A stretch of DNA of 64,000 nucleotides. It comes from Spirochaetales bacterium. GTDB lineage: Bacteria; Spirochaetota; JAAYUW01. The translations under genes and the position numbers were made by a program. Under the pieces are notes generated by a model. The model worked only from the letters and a program-made list of their open reading frames with translations. It ran no database searches and had not been told where the DNA came from. Numbering within the stretch: the stretch's first letter is position 1; each line of letters begins with the position of its first letter. The stretch covers positions 4,655 through 68,654 of the forward strand of contig JAAZOT010000050.1 in assembly GCA_012797605.1 (NCBI GenBank). The letters are read 5' to 3'. Below, in pieces: positions 1-9,543 of the stretch.

Positions 1-156
1 CTTCATAAGTCCACTTATAGTTCTTAATGTTGTTGTTTTCCCAGCTCCATTTGCTCCAATTAATGTAACTATTTTCTTTTCAGCAACTTCGAAAGATATC
101 CCTTTTATAGCTTTAATAGCTCCATAATCTACTTCTAAATTTTCGACTTTTAGCAT
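1..156 (-). CDS. livF: Branched-chain amino acid ABC transporter ATP-binding protein LivF (N-terminal part only; gene runs off the left edge)
   Basis: Reverse translation from the ATG at 156-154 gives MLKVENLEVDYGAIKAIKGISFEVAEKKIVTLIGANGAGKTTTLRTISGLMK, with Walker A GANGAGKTT. It starts 1 nt after the livG stop, completing the livJHMGF order. Confidence 0.8.
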   Translation of the reverse strand, partial: MLKVENLEVDYGAIKAIKGISFEVAEKKIVTLIGANGAGKTTTLRTISGLMK

Positions 157-157
157 G

Positions 158-979
158 CTATTCTCCTTTTCCTAGGTAAGCTTCTATTACTTTTGGATTA
201 TTAGCGACTTCTTTTGGACTTCCTTCAGCAATAGTTTCACCAAAGTCTATTACTTTAATATATTCGCAAATACCCATTACAACTTTCATATGATGTTCTA
301 TTAAAAGAATTGTAAGATTAAACTTATCTCTGATAAAATGGATCAACTCCATTAAATTACCTACTTCAGCAGGATTCATGCCTGCGGCAGGCTCATCCAA
401 TAAAAGTAGTGATGGATGAGTAGCTAATGCTCTTGCTATTTCAAGTTTTCTTAGCATACCATAAGGAAGATTTTTTGCCGTATCATACATACAAGCTTCT
501 AGTTTAAAGATTTTTAGAAGTTCATATGCTTCTTCTTTTATTTGTTCTTCAACCAGATTGTATCTTGAAGTTCTAAACAACGAATCAAACAAAGATGTTC
601 TTGAAAATTGTTTAGTATAATTTTCATCCCTAGTATGAGTATGCTTAGAACTTTGTGTTGTATAATGTCTTGCTATTCTTATATTATCTAAAACTGAAAG
701 AGAATTAAATATTCTTAAATTTTGAAAAGTTCTCGCAATACCCATATGAACGATTTGATAAGGTTTTTTACCAGTTATTGGATGTTCAAGAAAGTTTATT
801 GAACCTTCAGTTGGGTTATATATGCCAGTCACAAGATTAAATATGGTGGTTTTACCTGCACCATTCGGACCTATTAATCCCCATAATGCATGAGGAGGAA
901 GGTCTAAGTTAAAATCATATACTGCCCTAAGTCCACCAAAATAATGTGTAAGTTTTTCTATTTTAAGAACACTTCCCAT
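158..979 (-). CDS. livG: Branched-chain amino acid ABC transporter ATP-binding protein LivG
   Basis: 273-aa ORF with Walker A GPNGAGKTT and Walker B LLLLDEPAAGMNP. The N-terminus LKIEKLTHYFGGLRAV is typical of LivG. It overlaps livM by 17 nt. Confidence 0.9.
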   Translation of the reverse strand: MGSVLKIEKLTHYFGGLRAVYDFNLDLPPHALWGLIGPNGAGKTTIFNLVTGIYNPTEGSINFLEHPITGKKPYQIVHMGIARTFQNLRIFNSLSVLDNIRIARHYTTQSSKHTHTRDENYTKQFSRTSLFDSLFRTSRYNLVEEQIKEEAYELLKIFKLEACMYDTAKNLPYGMLRKLEIARALATHPSLLLLDEPAAGMNPAEVGNLMELIHFIRDKFNLTILLIEHHMKVVMGICEYIKVIDFGETIAEGSPKEVANNPKVIEAYLGKGE

Positions 980-2015
980 CTATATCCTCCTCTTCAGGGA
1001 TTAAAAATTTAAGTTCTTTCATGCCCATCAACCCTTCAGTTCTAAAAAGCATGATGAAAATAAGCAATAAGGAATATATAACCATTCTCCATTGGTCTCC
1101 AACAGGAAATTTAATTAAATCCGATAAAGAAGCTAAACCAACTCTAAGACCTTCTGATAGGAATGTTAAAACAAAGGCTGCTATTACTGATCCAGATATA
1201 CTTCCCATACCTCCAGCATAAACCATTATTAATACTAAAATAGAATACATAAAACCAAATTGAGTAGGATGAGCTATTTGAATAAGATGAGCTAAAAGAC
1301 CACCACCAATACCTGCAAAGAATGCACCAATAACAAAAGCTAATATCTTGTATCTAGTTGTATCAATACCTACCAATTCTGATGCAACCTCATTTTCTCT
1401 TATTGAAAGTAAAGCTCTACCATGAGTAGAGAACACGAGATTTCTGATTATTATTATTGTTAAAATTGCAGTAATAAAAATAATAGGAAATGTTGAAAAT
1501 TTAGGTATTCCTAAAAGACCCCTTGGACCGCCAACATAATTTATATTATTAAATATTGTTCTTATTATTTCACCAAATCCCAAAGTCATAATCGCAAGAT
1601 AGTCACCTTTCAATCTCAATGAAGGAAATCCGATTATAAAACCAGTCAATCCAGCTAGACAACCACCTAATAGGAGGGCGATAATAAAAACTAAATAATT
1701 TGGTAGTGATGTTGGCGTGATCTTCAACAGTAAAGTCGTAATAGTTGCAGAAGTGTATGCGCCTACAGCGGCAAACCCCATGTGACCTATAGAGAATTGA
1801 CCTGTAAACCCATTAATTAGGTTTAACGACACTGCTAGGATAACATATACCAAAGAAACATTAATAATCTGGATTATATATGAATTAAGAATTTCAAATT
1901 GGTGAAGAAGCATTATTATAAGCATAACAAGAAGGGATCCTATAAAAAACAACACAATTCTACGTTTAAAAAAATTTAAAAATTGAGAAAAAAAGGAATT
2001 CTTATTTAATTTCAT
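963..2015 (-). CDS. livM: Branched-chain amino acid ABC transporter permease LivM
   Basis: 350-aa polytopic membrane protein located between livH and livG, with a LivM-like hydrophobic profile. Confidence 0.85.
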   Translation of the reverse strand: MKLNKNSFFSQFLNFFKRRIVLFFIGSLLVMLIIMLLHQFEILNSYIIQIINVSLVYVILAVSLNLINGFTGQFSIGHMGFAAVGAYTSATITTLLLKITPTSLPNYLVFIIALLLGGCLAGLTGFIIGFPSLRLKGDYLAIMTLGFGEIIRTIFNNINYVGGPRGLLGIPKFSTFPIIFITAILTIIIIRNLVFSTHGRALLSIRENEVASELVGIDTTRYKILAFVIGAFFAGIGGGLLAHLIQIAHPTQFGFMYSILVLIMVYAGGMGSISGSVIAAFVLTFLSEGLRVGLASLSDLIKFPVGDQWRMVIYSLLLIFIMLFRTEGLMGMKELKFLIPEEEDIDGKCS

Positions 2016-2026
2016 AGTTTCTGCTC

Positions 2027-2956
2027 CTAAATCTTATCAGCAACTTTTTCGCCGAGTAAACCTTGCGGTCTAAAGAGAAGCACAACAATAAGTATAGCGA
2101 ACGCTATTCCTTCACCTATTAAAGAATTTACAGCAGTAGCGAAAGTTTCTGCTATACCCATTATATAACTTCCAAGAACAGCTCCAGGAATATTACCTAT
2201 ACCACCTAAAACAGCAGCTATAAAAGCCTTTAAGCCAGGTAGAATACCCATATATGGATAAATTCTTGGGTAAGTAAGACCTGCAAGTAAACCAGCAACT
2301 CCAGCAAATGAACCACCTATTAAAAATGTTGTTGCAATTACACTTTCTATGTTAATTCCCATGAGTTTAGCAGCATCTTTATCTTGAGATACTGCTCGCA
2401 TGGCTTTACCAATTTTTGTATACCTTACTAAAACCGTTAAAAAAATCATCAATATAGCGGCTACTCCTAAATCTAATAGAACAAAATTCGATACAATAGC
2501 TGGTCCAAAATTATATGTTGTTTTTTTAATAAGTTCAGGAAAACCTCTGTAAGAAGGACCTACAACTGGAAGAGCCGAAAGAAAATATTCCAAAAACATA
2601 GATACTCCAATTGCTGTTATCAAAGAAGAAAGTCGAGGTTTATTTCTTAAGGGTTTATAGGCAAACTGGTTTGCCAAAAGAGCTATCGTTCCACCACTAA
2701 TCATACTTCCTAATAGAATAATAATAAAAAGAATAATAGCTGCAGTAGGACCAGAAAAACTTGACGCAACTAATGTTCCTATGGCAAAAAATAAACCATA
2801 GGAAGCATATGCACCAATCATATAAAAATCACCATGTGCAAAATTAATAAGTCTAACAATACCATAAACCATGGTATATCCTAGCGCTATTAAGGCATAT
2901 ATACTACCTAATTGTAAACCATTAAAAATCTGTTGTAAAATTGTACTGATATCCAT
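2027..2956 (-). CDS. livH: Branched-chain amino acid ABC transporter permease LivH
   Basis: 309-aa polytopic membrane protein. The N-terminus FNGLQLGSIYALIALGYTMVYG is typical of LivH. Confidence 0.85.
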   Translation of the reverse strand: MDISTILQQIFNGLQLGSIYALIALGYTMVYGIVRLINFAHGDFYMIGAYASYGLFFAIGTLVASSFSGPTAAIILFIIILLGSMISGGTIALLANQFAYKPLRNKPRLSSLITAIGVSMFLEYFLSALPVVGPSYRGFPELIKKTTYNFGPAIVSNFVLLDLGVAAILMIFLTVLVRYTKIGKAMRAVSQDKDAAKLMGINIESVIATTFLIGGSFAGVAGLLAGLTYPRIYPYMGILPGLKAFIAAVLGGIGNIPGAVLGSYIMGIAETFATAVNSLIGEGIAFAILIVVLLFRPQGLLGEKVADKI

Positions 2957-3012
2957 TTGATCCCCCTGATAGAAAAAAGTCAGGGGGATTACTCCCCCTG
3001 AAATAATAAAAA

Positions 3013-4152
3013 TTATGGATTAACTGTTGCTTGATAAACCTGTTGACCATTTTTAATAGCAATAATAACTGCAGATTTGATAGGATTTCTGTTTTTGTCA
3101 AAAGTAATAAGTCCAGAAACAACATTGATATTTGTTTCAGCAAGAGCTTTTTTGATCTTTTCTGGATCTGTTGAACCTGCTCTTTTTATAGCATCAAGCA
3201 TAATTTGCATAGCATCATAAGCAAGAGCTGCTAAAGCATCTGGAACTTTACCAAATTTAGCTTGATATTTTTTAACAAATTCTTGAACAATTGGTCTTGG
3301 GTCATCTTTTGAGAAATGGTTTGTGAAGTAACCATTTTCGACAGCGGTACCACCAATTTTAACTAAATCTGGAGAATCCCAACCATCACCGCCAACAAGA
3401 GGTCCATTAAAACCAAGTTCTCTAGCTTGCTTTGCAATTAAACCAACATCATTGTAATAATCTGAAATATAAATTACATCTGGTTTTGCAGCTATGATCT
3501 TTGTAAGTTGAGCTTTGAAATCTGTTGTACCTGTTGGGTGAGCTTCGAAAGCCACTATTGTTCCACCAAGTTCTGTAAATTTGTCTCTAAAGAATTCAGC
3601 AAGACCTTTTGTGTAGTCATTACCAACATCAAAAATACAAGCAGCTTTTCTTGCTTTCAAGTTTTCATAAGCAAACTTTGCACCAACTGTTCCTTGGAAT
3701 GGATCTATAAAGCATGCTCTAAAAATGTAATCACCAACTTCTGTAACTTTTGGGTTAGTAGAGGTTGGGCTTATCATAGGAACTTTGTACTGTTGACTTA
3801 TTGGTGCACCAGCTAAAGAACATTTACTCATAACTGTTCCAACTATTGCAACAACCTTATCTTGTGTGATAAGTTTTGTCCAAACTGTTGCTGCTTCAGT
3901 AGGGTCACCTTTATCATCCTGATAGATCAATTTAATGTTCTTACCAAGAAGACCACCTGCTGCATTCCATTCTTCAACAGCAAGTTCACATCCTTCTTTG
4001 GTAGATTGACCAAAAGTTGCAGCTTCTCCAGAAACAGGGCCGACACCACCGATGACTATTTCTGTTGCTTCCTTTTTACAGCCAGAAAAAATAAGGCCTA
4101 TAACCAAAAGAATAGCAAGAGTGAATAGCAAAATTCTTAAATTTCGTTTCAT
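3013..4152 (-). CDS. livJ: Leu/Ile/Val-type periplasmic substrate-binding lipoprotein of the Liv transporter
   Basis: The ORF track starts at 4182. The ATG at 4152, preceded by AAGGAG, gives a lipoprotein signal MKRNLRILLFTLAILLVIGLIFSGC. The body resembles a type I periplasmic binding protein (LivJ/K family). Confidence 0.85.
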   Translation of the reverse strand: MKRNLRILLFTLAILLVIGLIFSGCKKEATEIVIGGVGPVSGEAATFGQSTKEGCELAVEEWNAAGGLLGKNIKLIYQDDKGDPTEAATVWTKLITQDKVVAIVGTVMSKCSLAGAPISQQYKVPMISPTSTNPKVTEVGDYIFRACFIDPFQGTVGAKFAYENLKARKAACIFDVGNDYTKGLAEFFRDKFTELGGTIVAFEAHPTGTTDFKAQLTKIIAAKPDVIYISDYYNDVGLIAKQARELGFNGPLVGGDGWDSPDLVKIGGTAVENGYFTNHFSKDDPRPIVQEFVKKYQAKFGKVPDALAALAYDAMQIMLDAIKRAGSTDPEKIKKALAETNINVVSGLITFDKNRNPIKSAVIIAIKNGQQVYQATVNP

Positions 4153-4261
4153 AACAACTCTCCTTAAAAAAAATTTTGACACTCTTGCTATTACCTTAAT
4201 TTAATGATTTAATTTTGTCAATATTTTTAATAAAAAAAAAATAAAATTTAATAAAAATAGA

Positions 4262-5695
4262 TTATCCTTTAACAACTGATATTGGTAAGGTTTTAGCAAC
4301 TGGTTTTGCCAAATTATTAGATTTCAAAATTTCTATTATATTTGAAATGTTTTTATAAGCTAAAGGCGCTTCTTCTTTTACTAACTTTATATCTTGAGCT
4401 AAAAGTAAAATATTTTCTTCTTTTAGTTCCTTTTGAATTTTAGAATAGTCAAAGATTTTATTTGCTTGATGTCTACTTAAAGCCCTTCCAGCCCCATGAG
4501 AAACAGAGCCAAAAGTTTGCTTCATGGATTCATCTGTTCCTATAAGAATGAAAGAACCTCTACGCATATCACCAGGTATCAAAATTGGTTGTCCAATATT
4601 AAAATATATATCTGGAACTTCATCATTTTTTGCAGGGAAAGATCTTGTTGCTCCCTTTCTATGGACTAAAATCTTTTTTTCTTCTTTTTTGATTTTATGT
4701 TTTTCAAATTTAGCTATATTATGACATACATCATAAAGTAAAAATAAGCCTAATTTATCATAAGTTTTATTGAAAATACTTTGAAAAACTTCTCTAATAA
4801 TATGGGTTATCATTTGTCTATTGCAATAAGCGTAATTCGCAGCACAATTCATTGCCTTTAAGTATTCTTTTGATAATTCATCTTTGATAGGTAGATAAAC
4901 AAGGTCTGGTTCTTTAAGTTTTAAATTATAGTGTAGCATTTTTTTTCTCATTTTCTCTATATATTCTTTTGCAATTTGATGACCAAAACCCCTTGAACCT
5001 GTATGTATCCAAATTACTACTTGATTTAAAAATAAACCAAATTCCTTTGCTATTTTCTGCTCATAAATGTCACTAACATATCCTATTTCTAAAAAATGAT
5101 TTCCAGCGCCTAATGTTCCAATCTCACTTTTCCCTCTGTTCAAACTTTCTTCACTTAAAATATGACTGTCTGCATCGGATAAGCAACCATAATCTTCTAT
5201 GTACTCTGAATCGGATTTTTGTGCAAAACCATTTTTAATCATCCATCTTATGCCTTCCTCAGAGATTTTTTTTATCTCATTTGTAGAAAATTTATTTAAA
5301 CCCTGAGAACCGACCCCTGAAGGTATGTTATTAAAAAGCTGCCTTGATATTTTTTCTAAATATTTTTCTATATCTTTTTTTTCAAAATTGGTTTTTATAA
5401 GTCTTATTCCACAATTTATATCGAAACCAACCCCTCCTGGACATATTATTCCTTCCTCACTATCAAAAGCAGCAACTCCTCCTATAGGGAACCCATATCC
5501 CTGATGTATATCTGGCATGGCAATTGCGTAGTTAACAATTCCTTCAAGTTCCGAGACATTAATAATCTGATTAAGTGAATTATCTGATGATACATTTTTA
5601 ATAATTTCATCATCACAGTAAAGTATAACAGGGACTCTCATTTTTCCAGTAGGAGAAATAATAAATTTGTTATTCGCTAATTTTTCAATTTTCAT
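4262..5695 (-). CDS. rtcB: RNA 3'-phosphate/2',3'-cyclic phosphate ligase RtcB
   Basis: 477 aa with RtcB metal and GTP-binding motifs: MPDIHQGYGFPIGG, DINCGIR, GAGNHFLE, HTGSRGFGH, HGAGR. Confidence 0.9.
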   Translation of the reverse strand: MKIEKLANNKFIISPTGKMRVPVILYCDDEIIKNVSSDNSLNQIINVSELEGIVNYAIAMPDIHQGYGFPIGGVAAFDSEEGIICPGGVGFDINCGIRLIKTNFEKKDIEKYLEKISRQLFNNIPSGVGSQGLNKFSTNEIKKISEEGIRWMIKNGFAQKSDSEYIEDYGCLSDADSHILSEESLNRGKSEIGTLGAGNHFLEIGYVSDIYEQKIAKEFGLFLNQVVIWIHTGSRGFGHQIAKEYIEKMRKKMLHYNLKLKEPDLVYLPIKDELSKEYLKAMNCAANYAYCNRQMITHIIREVFQSIFNKTYDKLGLFLLYDVCHNIAKFEKHKIKKEEKKILVHRKGATRSFPAKNDEVPDIYFNIGQPILIPGDMRRGSFILIGTDESMKQTFGSVSHGAGRALSRHQANKIFDYSKIQKELKEENILLLAQDIKLVKEEAPLAYKNISNIIEILKSNNLAKPVAKTLPISVVKG

Positions 5696-5746
5696 ATTAA
5701 CTATTTCATTTTAATTTCATTTTATTTGTTTCTTTTTTTGTTTATT

Positions 5747-6244
5747 CTATATTTTTAATTGTTCATTTTTTTCTGTTGATAGAACGCACATAGGATTTGT
5801 ATATGGATTTGATGGCACATTTTCGATCTTTACGACATCAAAATCATTATTTACATATCTTAAAACTACTTTTGTAATTCCGAAAGATTCTGGATCTCTT
5901 ATTATCATGTTTATATTATTATCTTCAAATTGTGTAAGATAAAGATAATGATCGGGAGATTCATGACTAATTTTTATTCTCATAATATTTAATGCTGTTT
6001 CTTTGATAAAATCGAAATATTCAGAATTTCTATTATCAAATGGATTTTTTATATCAAACTTATTTACAAGTTCATCTATTAATTTAGCTTGTTCAATAAA
6101 ATAAATTTCATCACCACCTTTTGCAGGGAATAAAACTCTCGTATGAATGATTTGAGATTTTTCTAGAATTTCTTTGCAATATGTTAATGCTTCTAAGAAA
6201 AGATTATAGCCAATTTGAGATAATTTGACCTTATCTTTTATCAT
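5747..6244 (-). CDS. Hypothetical 165-aa protein, first gene of a two-gene operon with rtcB
   Basis: Clean ORF with GAGG 7 nt upstream of the ATG and a 51-nt gap to rtcB on the same strand. I recognise no motif, and the archease signatures are absent. Confidence 0.6.
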   Translation of the reverse strand: MIKDKVKLSQIGYNLFLEALTYCKEILEKSQIIHTRVLFPAKGGDEIYFIEQAKLIDELVNKFDIKNPFDNRNSEYFDFIKETALNIMRIKISHESPDHYLYLTQFEDNNINMIIRDPESFGITKVVLRYVNNDFDVVKIENVPSNPYTNPMCVLSTEKNEQLKI

Positions 6245-6333
6245 CTTAACCTCAATTTTATTTTATTTGTTCTTTTCTTGATTTACTATAATTTAATTCT
6301 TGAAGAATTTCAAATATATGTAAGATTTTTGGT

Positions 6334-6915
6334 ATGAGATTATTTTTGGCATATGATTTTGAAAGCACAATTGTTTCTGAAATTGAAAAGATCTCTTCTT
6401 TTTTAAAAAAAGAATTTAAAGATAACCCTAATTTTACTAAAAATTTTAAGGCAAATTTTGTAGATACATCTTCTATTCATATAACTTTAAAGTTTTTTGA
6501 AGATGAAGATGAGAATTTAATTGTAAATTCTTTGAGAAATAGCAATGAAGATTTTTCACTACATAATTATGACTTTTATCTTTTAGGATTAAATGCATTT
6601 CCAGATAAAAATCAACCCAAAGTACTTGTTTTACCAGTATATGATGAAGCAAATTTGATAGAAAAAAATTTTTTAAAAATTGAGAAGATATTAAATAGTG
6701 TTGGAATAAAAAAAGAGACAAGAAAATTTAAACCTCACTTAACAATTGCAAGAATCAAATATTGCAACTTTAATAGTTTTGATAATTTTAATTATTGGGG
6801 AAAACTCATAATATATGAATCTGATAAATTAAAATTTAAGCTAAATAAATTAAAACTTTATCAATCTATTCTTACTCCTGAAAAACCGATATATAAAGAA
6901 ATGTACGAATTTTAA
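6334..6915 (+). CDS. thpR: 2H-phosphoesterase family RNA 2',3'-cyclic phosphodiesterase / 2'-5' RNA ligase (ThpR/LigT-like)
   Basis: 193 aa carrying the two HxT/S motifs of the 2H superfamily (HITLKF and HLTIAR) at the expected spacing. It is divergent from the rtcB operon. Confidence 0.75.
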   Translation: MRLFLAYDFESTIVSEIEKISSFLKKEFKDNPNFTKNFKANFVDTSSIHITLKFFEDEDENLIVNSLRNSNEDFSLHNYDFYLLGLNAFPDKNQPKVLVLPVYDEANLIEKNFLKIEKILNSVGIKKETRKFKPHLTIARIKYCNFNSFDNFNYWGKLIIYESDKLKFKLNKLKLYQSILTPEKPIYKEMYEF

Positions 6916-6920
6916 TAAAA

Positions 6921-7628
6921 ATGAATTTTAAAGAAATCGTTAATAACAGAAATAAATCTACTTTATTTTTTTTCTTTCTCATTATATTTTTTATATTTTC
7001 AGGATGTTCTTCCTCATATAAATACTATAGAGATTATGAATATATAAAAAATTTTTACTCTTTTAAGATTATTTCTAATCCTTTGGAGAAGAAATATGAT
7101 AATGAGCAAATAAATCAAATTAGACAAAATATAGCTCAACTGGCAATCCAATCCATTGGATTAAAATCCTTTATCGCAGATTCAAGATCATTTTTATATG
7201 ATTGTTCTGGTTTTGTTTTTTATATTTTCTATAAATGCGGTATAGATTTGACATCATATATTGTTGATCAGACGCCTTTAGGAGGAGTTCATCAATTATA
7301 TCTGATAGCAAAAAACTATTTTTCTATAAGTGAGATATCATTTAACATCGCTGATGTTATAATTTTTAATAACACTTATGACAGAAACAAAAATGGGAAA
7401 GAAGATGATTTATTTACACATGTAGCAATAATTACTGAAATTAAAGATGATGGAACGATAGTATTTGTTCATAAATCTAATTCTGGCGTTCAAAAAGGAT
7501 ACATGAACTTATTAAAAAATGATTCACATATTATCGACGATGATACTATAAATAGCTATTTAAAGGATTCTGGTGATAAGGGTTTAGCCTCTTATTTATT
7601 TAATACTTTTGCTACATTTTTTAGATAA
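6921..7628 (+). CDS. NlpC/P60-family cell-wall peptidase lipoprotein
   Basis: Signal peptide with lipobox FSGCSS. A catalytic Cys context DCSGFVFYIF and a downstream His (FTHVAII) are typical of NlpC/P60. Confidence 0.65.
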   Translation: MNFKEIVNNRNKSTLFFFFLIIFFIFSGCSSSYKYYRDYEYIKNFYSFKIISNPLEKKYDNEQINQIRQNIAQLAIQSIGLKSFIADSRSFLYDCSGFVFYIFYKCGIDLTSYIVDQTPLGGVHQLYLIAKNYFSISEISFNIADVIIFNNTYDRNKNGKEDDLFTHVAIITEIKDDGTIVFVHKSNSGVQKGYMNLLKNDSHIIDDDTINSYLKDSGDKGLASYLFNTFATFFR

Positions 7629-7784
7629 AATAAAGGAATGTTGCCATTTAATAAAAAATTTAATATATTTTAATTATAATATCCTATTACTATTTAATGA
7701 ATTCTTAATTTTGATGCTAGATTAAGATTAGTAATTATATTATTGTTTTAATAAAAAGTTCAAAAAGTTTATTAGGGGGAATTT

Positions 7785-9287
7785 ATGAAACTAAAAAAGG
7801 CTCTACCTTATTTAATTCTTTTTCTTATCCTTACAGCATCAATAACAGTAGCATTATTTATCAACAATGTAATAGTAGAAAAAAACTTAAAAACAGCAGA
7901 TACAATAATAAATGCACAAGATTCAAATCAATCTCAAGATACAAGTCAAACAAATACAAGTGATAGTAATATTACATCAAACTATCTTGCTCTTCAACAG
8001 CAGTTTAGAAAAATCGCAAAGGATAATTTGCCTGCAGTAGTTCACATTACATCGCTTATTGAACAAGAAGTTCCTAATTTTCCATTCTTCTTTCCTTTTG
8101 GTGATCCTTTTTCTCAAAATCAACCTTCAAAAAGAGAAGTTGAAGTTTTTGGCTCTGGCTTTATTATTTCAAAAGAGGGACATATTTTAACAAATTATCA
8201 TGTAGTGAATAATGTTAAAGATTTGAAGATTAAATTGATGGATGGTTCAGAATATGAAGGGAAAGTTTTAGGTGTGGATCAAGATCTTGATGTTGCTGTA
8301 ATAAAAATCAATGCGTCTGGGAAAATATTGCCAGTAGTTAAACTTGGAGATTCAGATTCTATTGAAATTGGAGATATTATCTTCGCTATAGGTAATCCTT
8401 TTGGATTAGATGGTACTTTTACCCAAGGTATCGTCTCAGCCAAAGGGAGAACTTCATTAGGCATAAATCAATTTGAGAATTTTATACAAATAGATGCGGC
8501 AATAAATCCTGGTAACTCTGGTGGACCTTTACTTAATATTAAAGGAGAGGTTATTGGAATTAATGATGCTATTTATTCTCAAACTGGAAATTATGCAGGA
8601 GTTGGATTTGCAATACCTATAAATATAGTAAAGAAAAACTTGAATGATTTAATTAATGGGAAACCTATAGAGTATGGTTATCTTGGAGTAACAGTCTATC
8701 CAATGGATAAAAATAAAGCAGATTACTTTGGATTAAAAGAAATTACTGGAGTAATAATAGCTTCAATAGAACCTGGTTCTCCTTCAGCTAAAGCTGGACT
8801 TAAAAATTTAGATGTCATTTTGACATATAATGGTAAAAAAATTCTAAATCCAGGGGATCTTGCATTTCAGGTTAAAAGCACAAAACCAGGAGAGAAAGTA
8901 AATTTACAGATTTTAAGAAAAGAAGATGGTAAAATAAAAAATCTGACAATTGCTGTAATTGTTGAAAAAAAGCAAACCAAAACATCAACTTTAGAAAAAC
9001 CAAATAACTGGCTTGGGGTTTTGGTTGGCGAACTAGATCCTCAAACCAAGGAAAAATATAAGGCATACGGAGTAAAAAATGGAGTTATTGTCCTTGCTGT
9101 TGCCCCAAATTCACCAGCTGCTCAGTTAGGAATAGCTGAGGGTGATGTTATTTATCAAATAAATGATTACGAAATTACTAGTCCAGAACAATTTTATCAG
9201 GTTTTAGAAAAACTAAAAACAGCAAAGAAAATAATAATTCTTATAAATCGAAAGGGAATGAGTTTGATGTTGTCAATTGGTAGATAA
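7785..9287 (+). CDS. htrA: HtrA/DegP-family periplasmic serine protease with two PDZ domains
   Basis: 500 aa with an N-terminal TM/signal segment. Trypsin-like triad contexts are present (TNYHVV, DLDVAVIKI, GNSGGPLLN), followed by two PDZ-like segments. Confidence 0.9.
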   Translation: MKLKKALPYLILFLILTASITVALFINNVIVEKNLKTADTIINAQDSNQSQDTSQTNTSDSNITSNYLALQQQFRKIAKDNLPAVVHITSLIEQEVPNFPFFFPFGDPFSQNQPSKREVEVFGSGFIISKEGHILTNYHVVNNVKDLKIKLMDGSEYEGKVLGVDQDLDVAVIKINASGKILPVVKLGDSDSIEIGDIIFAIGNPFGLDGTFTQGIVSAKGRTSLGINQFENFIQIDAAINPGNSGGPLLNIKGEVIGINDAIYSQTGNYAGVGFAIPINIVKKNLNDLINGKPIEYGYLGVTVYPMDKNKADYFGLKEITGVIIASIEPGSPSAKAGLKNLDVILTYNGKKILNPGDLAFQVKSTKPGEKVNLQILRKEDGKIKNLTIAVIVEKKQTKTSTLEKPNNWLGVLVGELDPQTKEKYKAYGVKNGVIVLAVAPNSPAAQLGIAEGDVIYQINDYEITSPEQFYQVLEKLKTAKKIIILINRKGMSLMLSIGR

Positions 9288-9343
9288 AATATTTGACAAT
9301 AATATTAAATATGTTAATTAATTTTCAGTCGTAATTGAAAGAT

Positions 9344-9415
9344 GGCGGCGTAGCTCAGTGGTAGAGCACTCGGCTCATATCCGATTGGTCAGGGGTTCAA
9401 ATCCCTTCGCCGCTA
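9344..9415 (+). tRNA. tRNA with anticodon CAU (elongator Met, or lysidine-modified Ile2); CCA not encoded
   Basis: Cloverleaf folded by hand: acceptor GGCGGCG/CGCCGCU (G1-U72), D-arm GCTC-AGTGGTA-GAGC, anticodon loop CTCATAT, T-arm AGGGG-TTCAAAT-CCCTT, discriminator A. It lacks the C1-A72 mismatch and the 3-GC anticodon stem of initiator tRNA. Confidence 0.85.
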
Positions 9416-9493
9416 ATCTTTTCTTTTAATCAAAATCATTACATTAACTTGACATTAAATTTTATCATTGTATTTAGTTTGTGTTAAAACAAA

Positions 9494-9525
9494 TCATCTA
9501 AATTTCTTAATACATTTTTAGATGA
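9494..9525 (+). promoter_or_regulatory. Perfect 9-bp inverted repeat (TCATCTAAA-N14-TTTAGATGA) in the argF leader
   Basis: Read directly from the sequence. It ends 18 nt before the argF ATG, just upstream of the AAGGAG RBS, and no U-run follows it. Confidence 0.3.
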
Positions 9526-9543
9526 GAAATAAAGGAGAAAAAA

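Noticed and set aside
2922-3143. 73-aa minus-strand ORF spanning the livH-livJ junction.
   Set aside because: It overlaps the livJ 3' end and the livH 5' end in another frame and has no RBS or recognisable motif. The LivH and LivJ frames explain the region.
3508-4128. Plus-strand ORFs of 102 aa and 88 aa inside livJ. Similar antisense ORFs occur at 1021-1221, 4524-4724, 6473-6721, 8279-8464, 8872-9066 and 11910-12092.
   Set aside because: They lie entirely antisense to well-supported genes, have Cys/Phe/Ser-rich low-complexity translations, and lack an RBS. They are typical shadow ORFs of AT-rich DNA.
5696-6290. Shared motif AAGAA(A)CAAATAAAAT(G/A)AAATT upstream of both rtcB and the 165-aa gene.
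   Set aside because: About 20 of 22 positions are identical, but the motif is made purely of A/T-rich low-complexity sequence, and its distance to the two start codons differs (23 versus 15 nt). Chance similarity cannot be excluded without genome-wide statistics.
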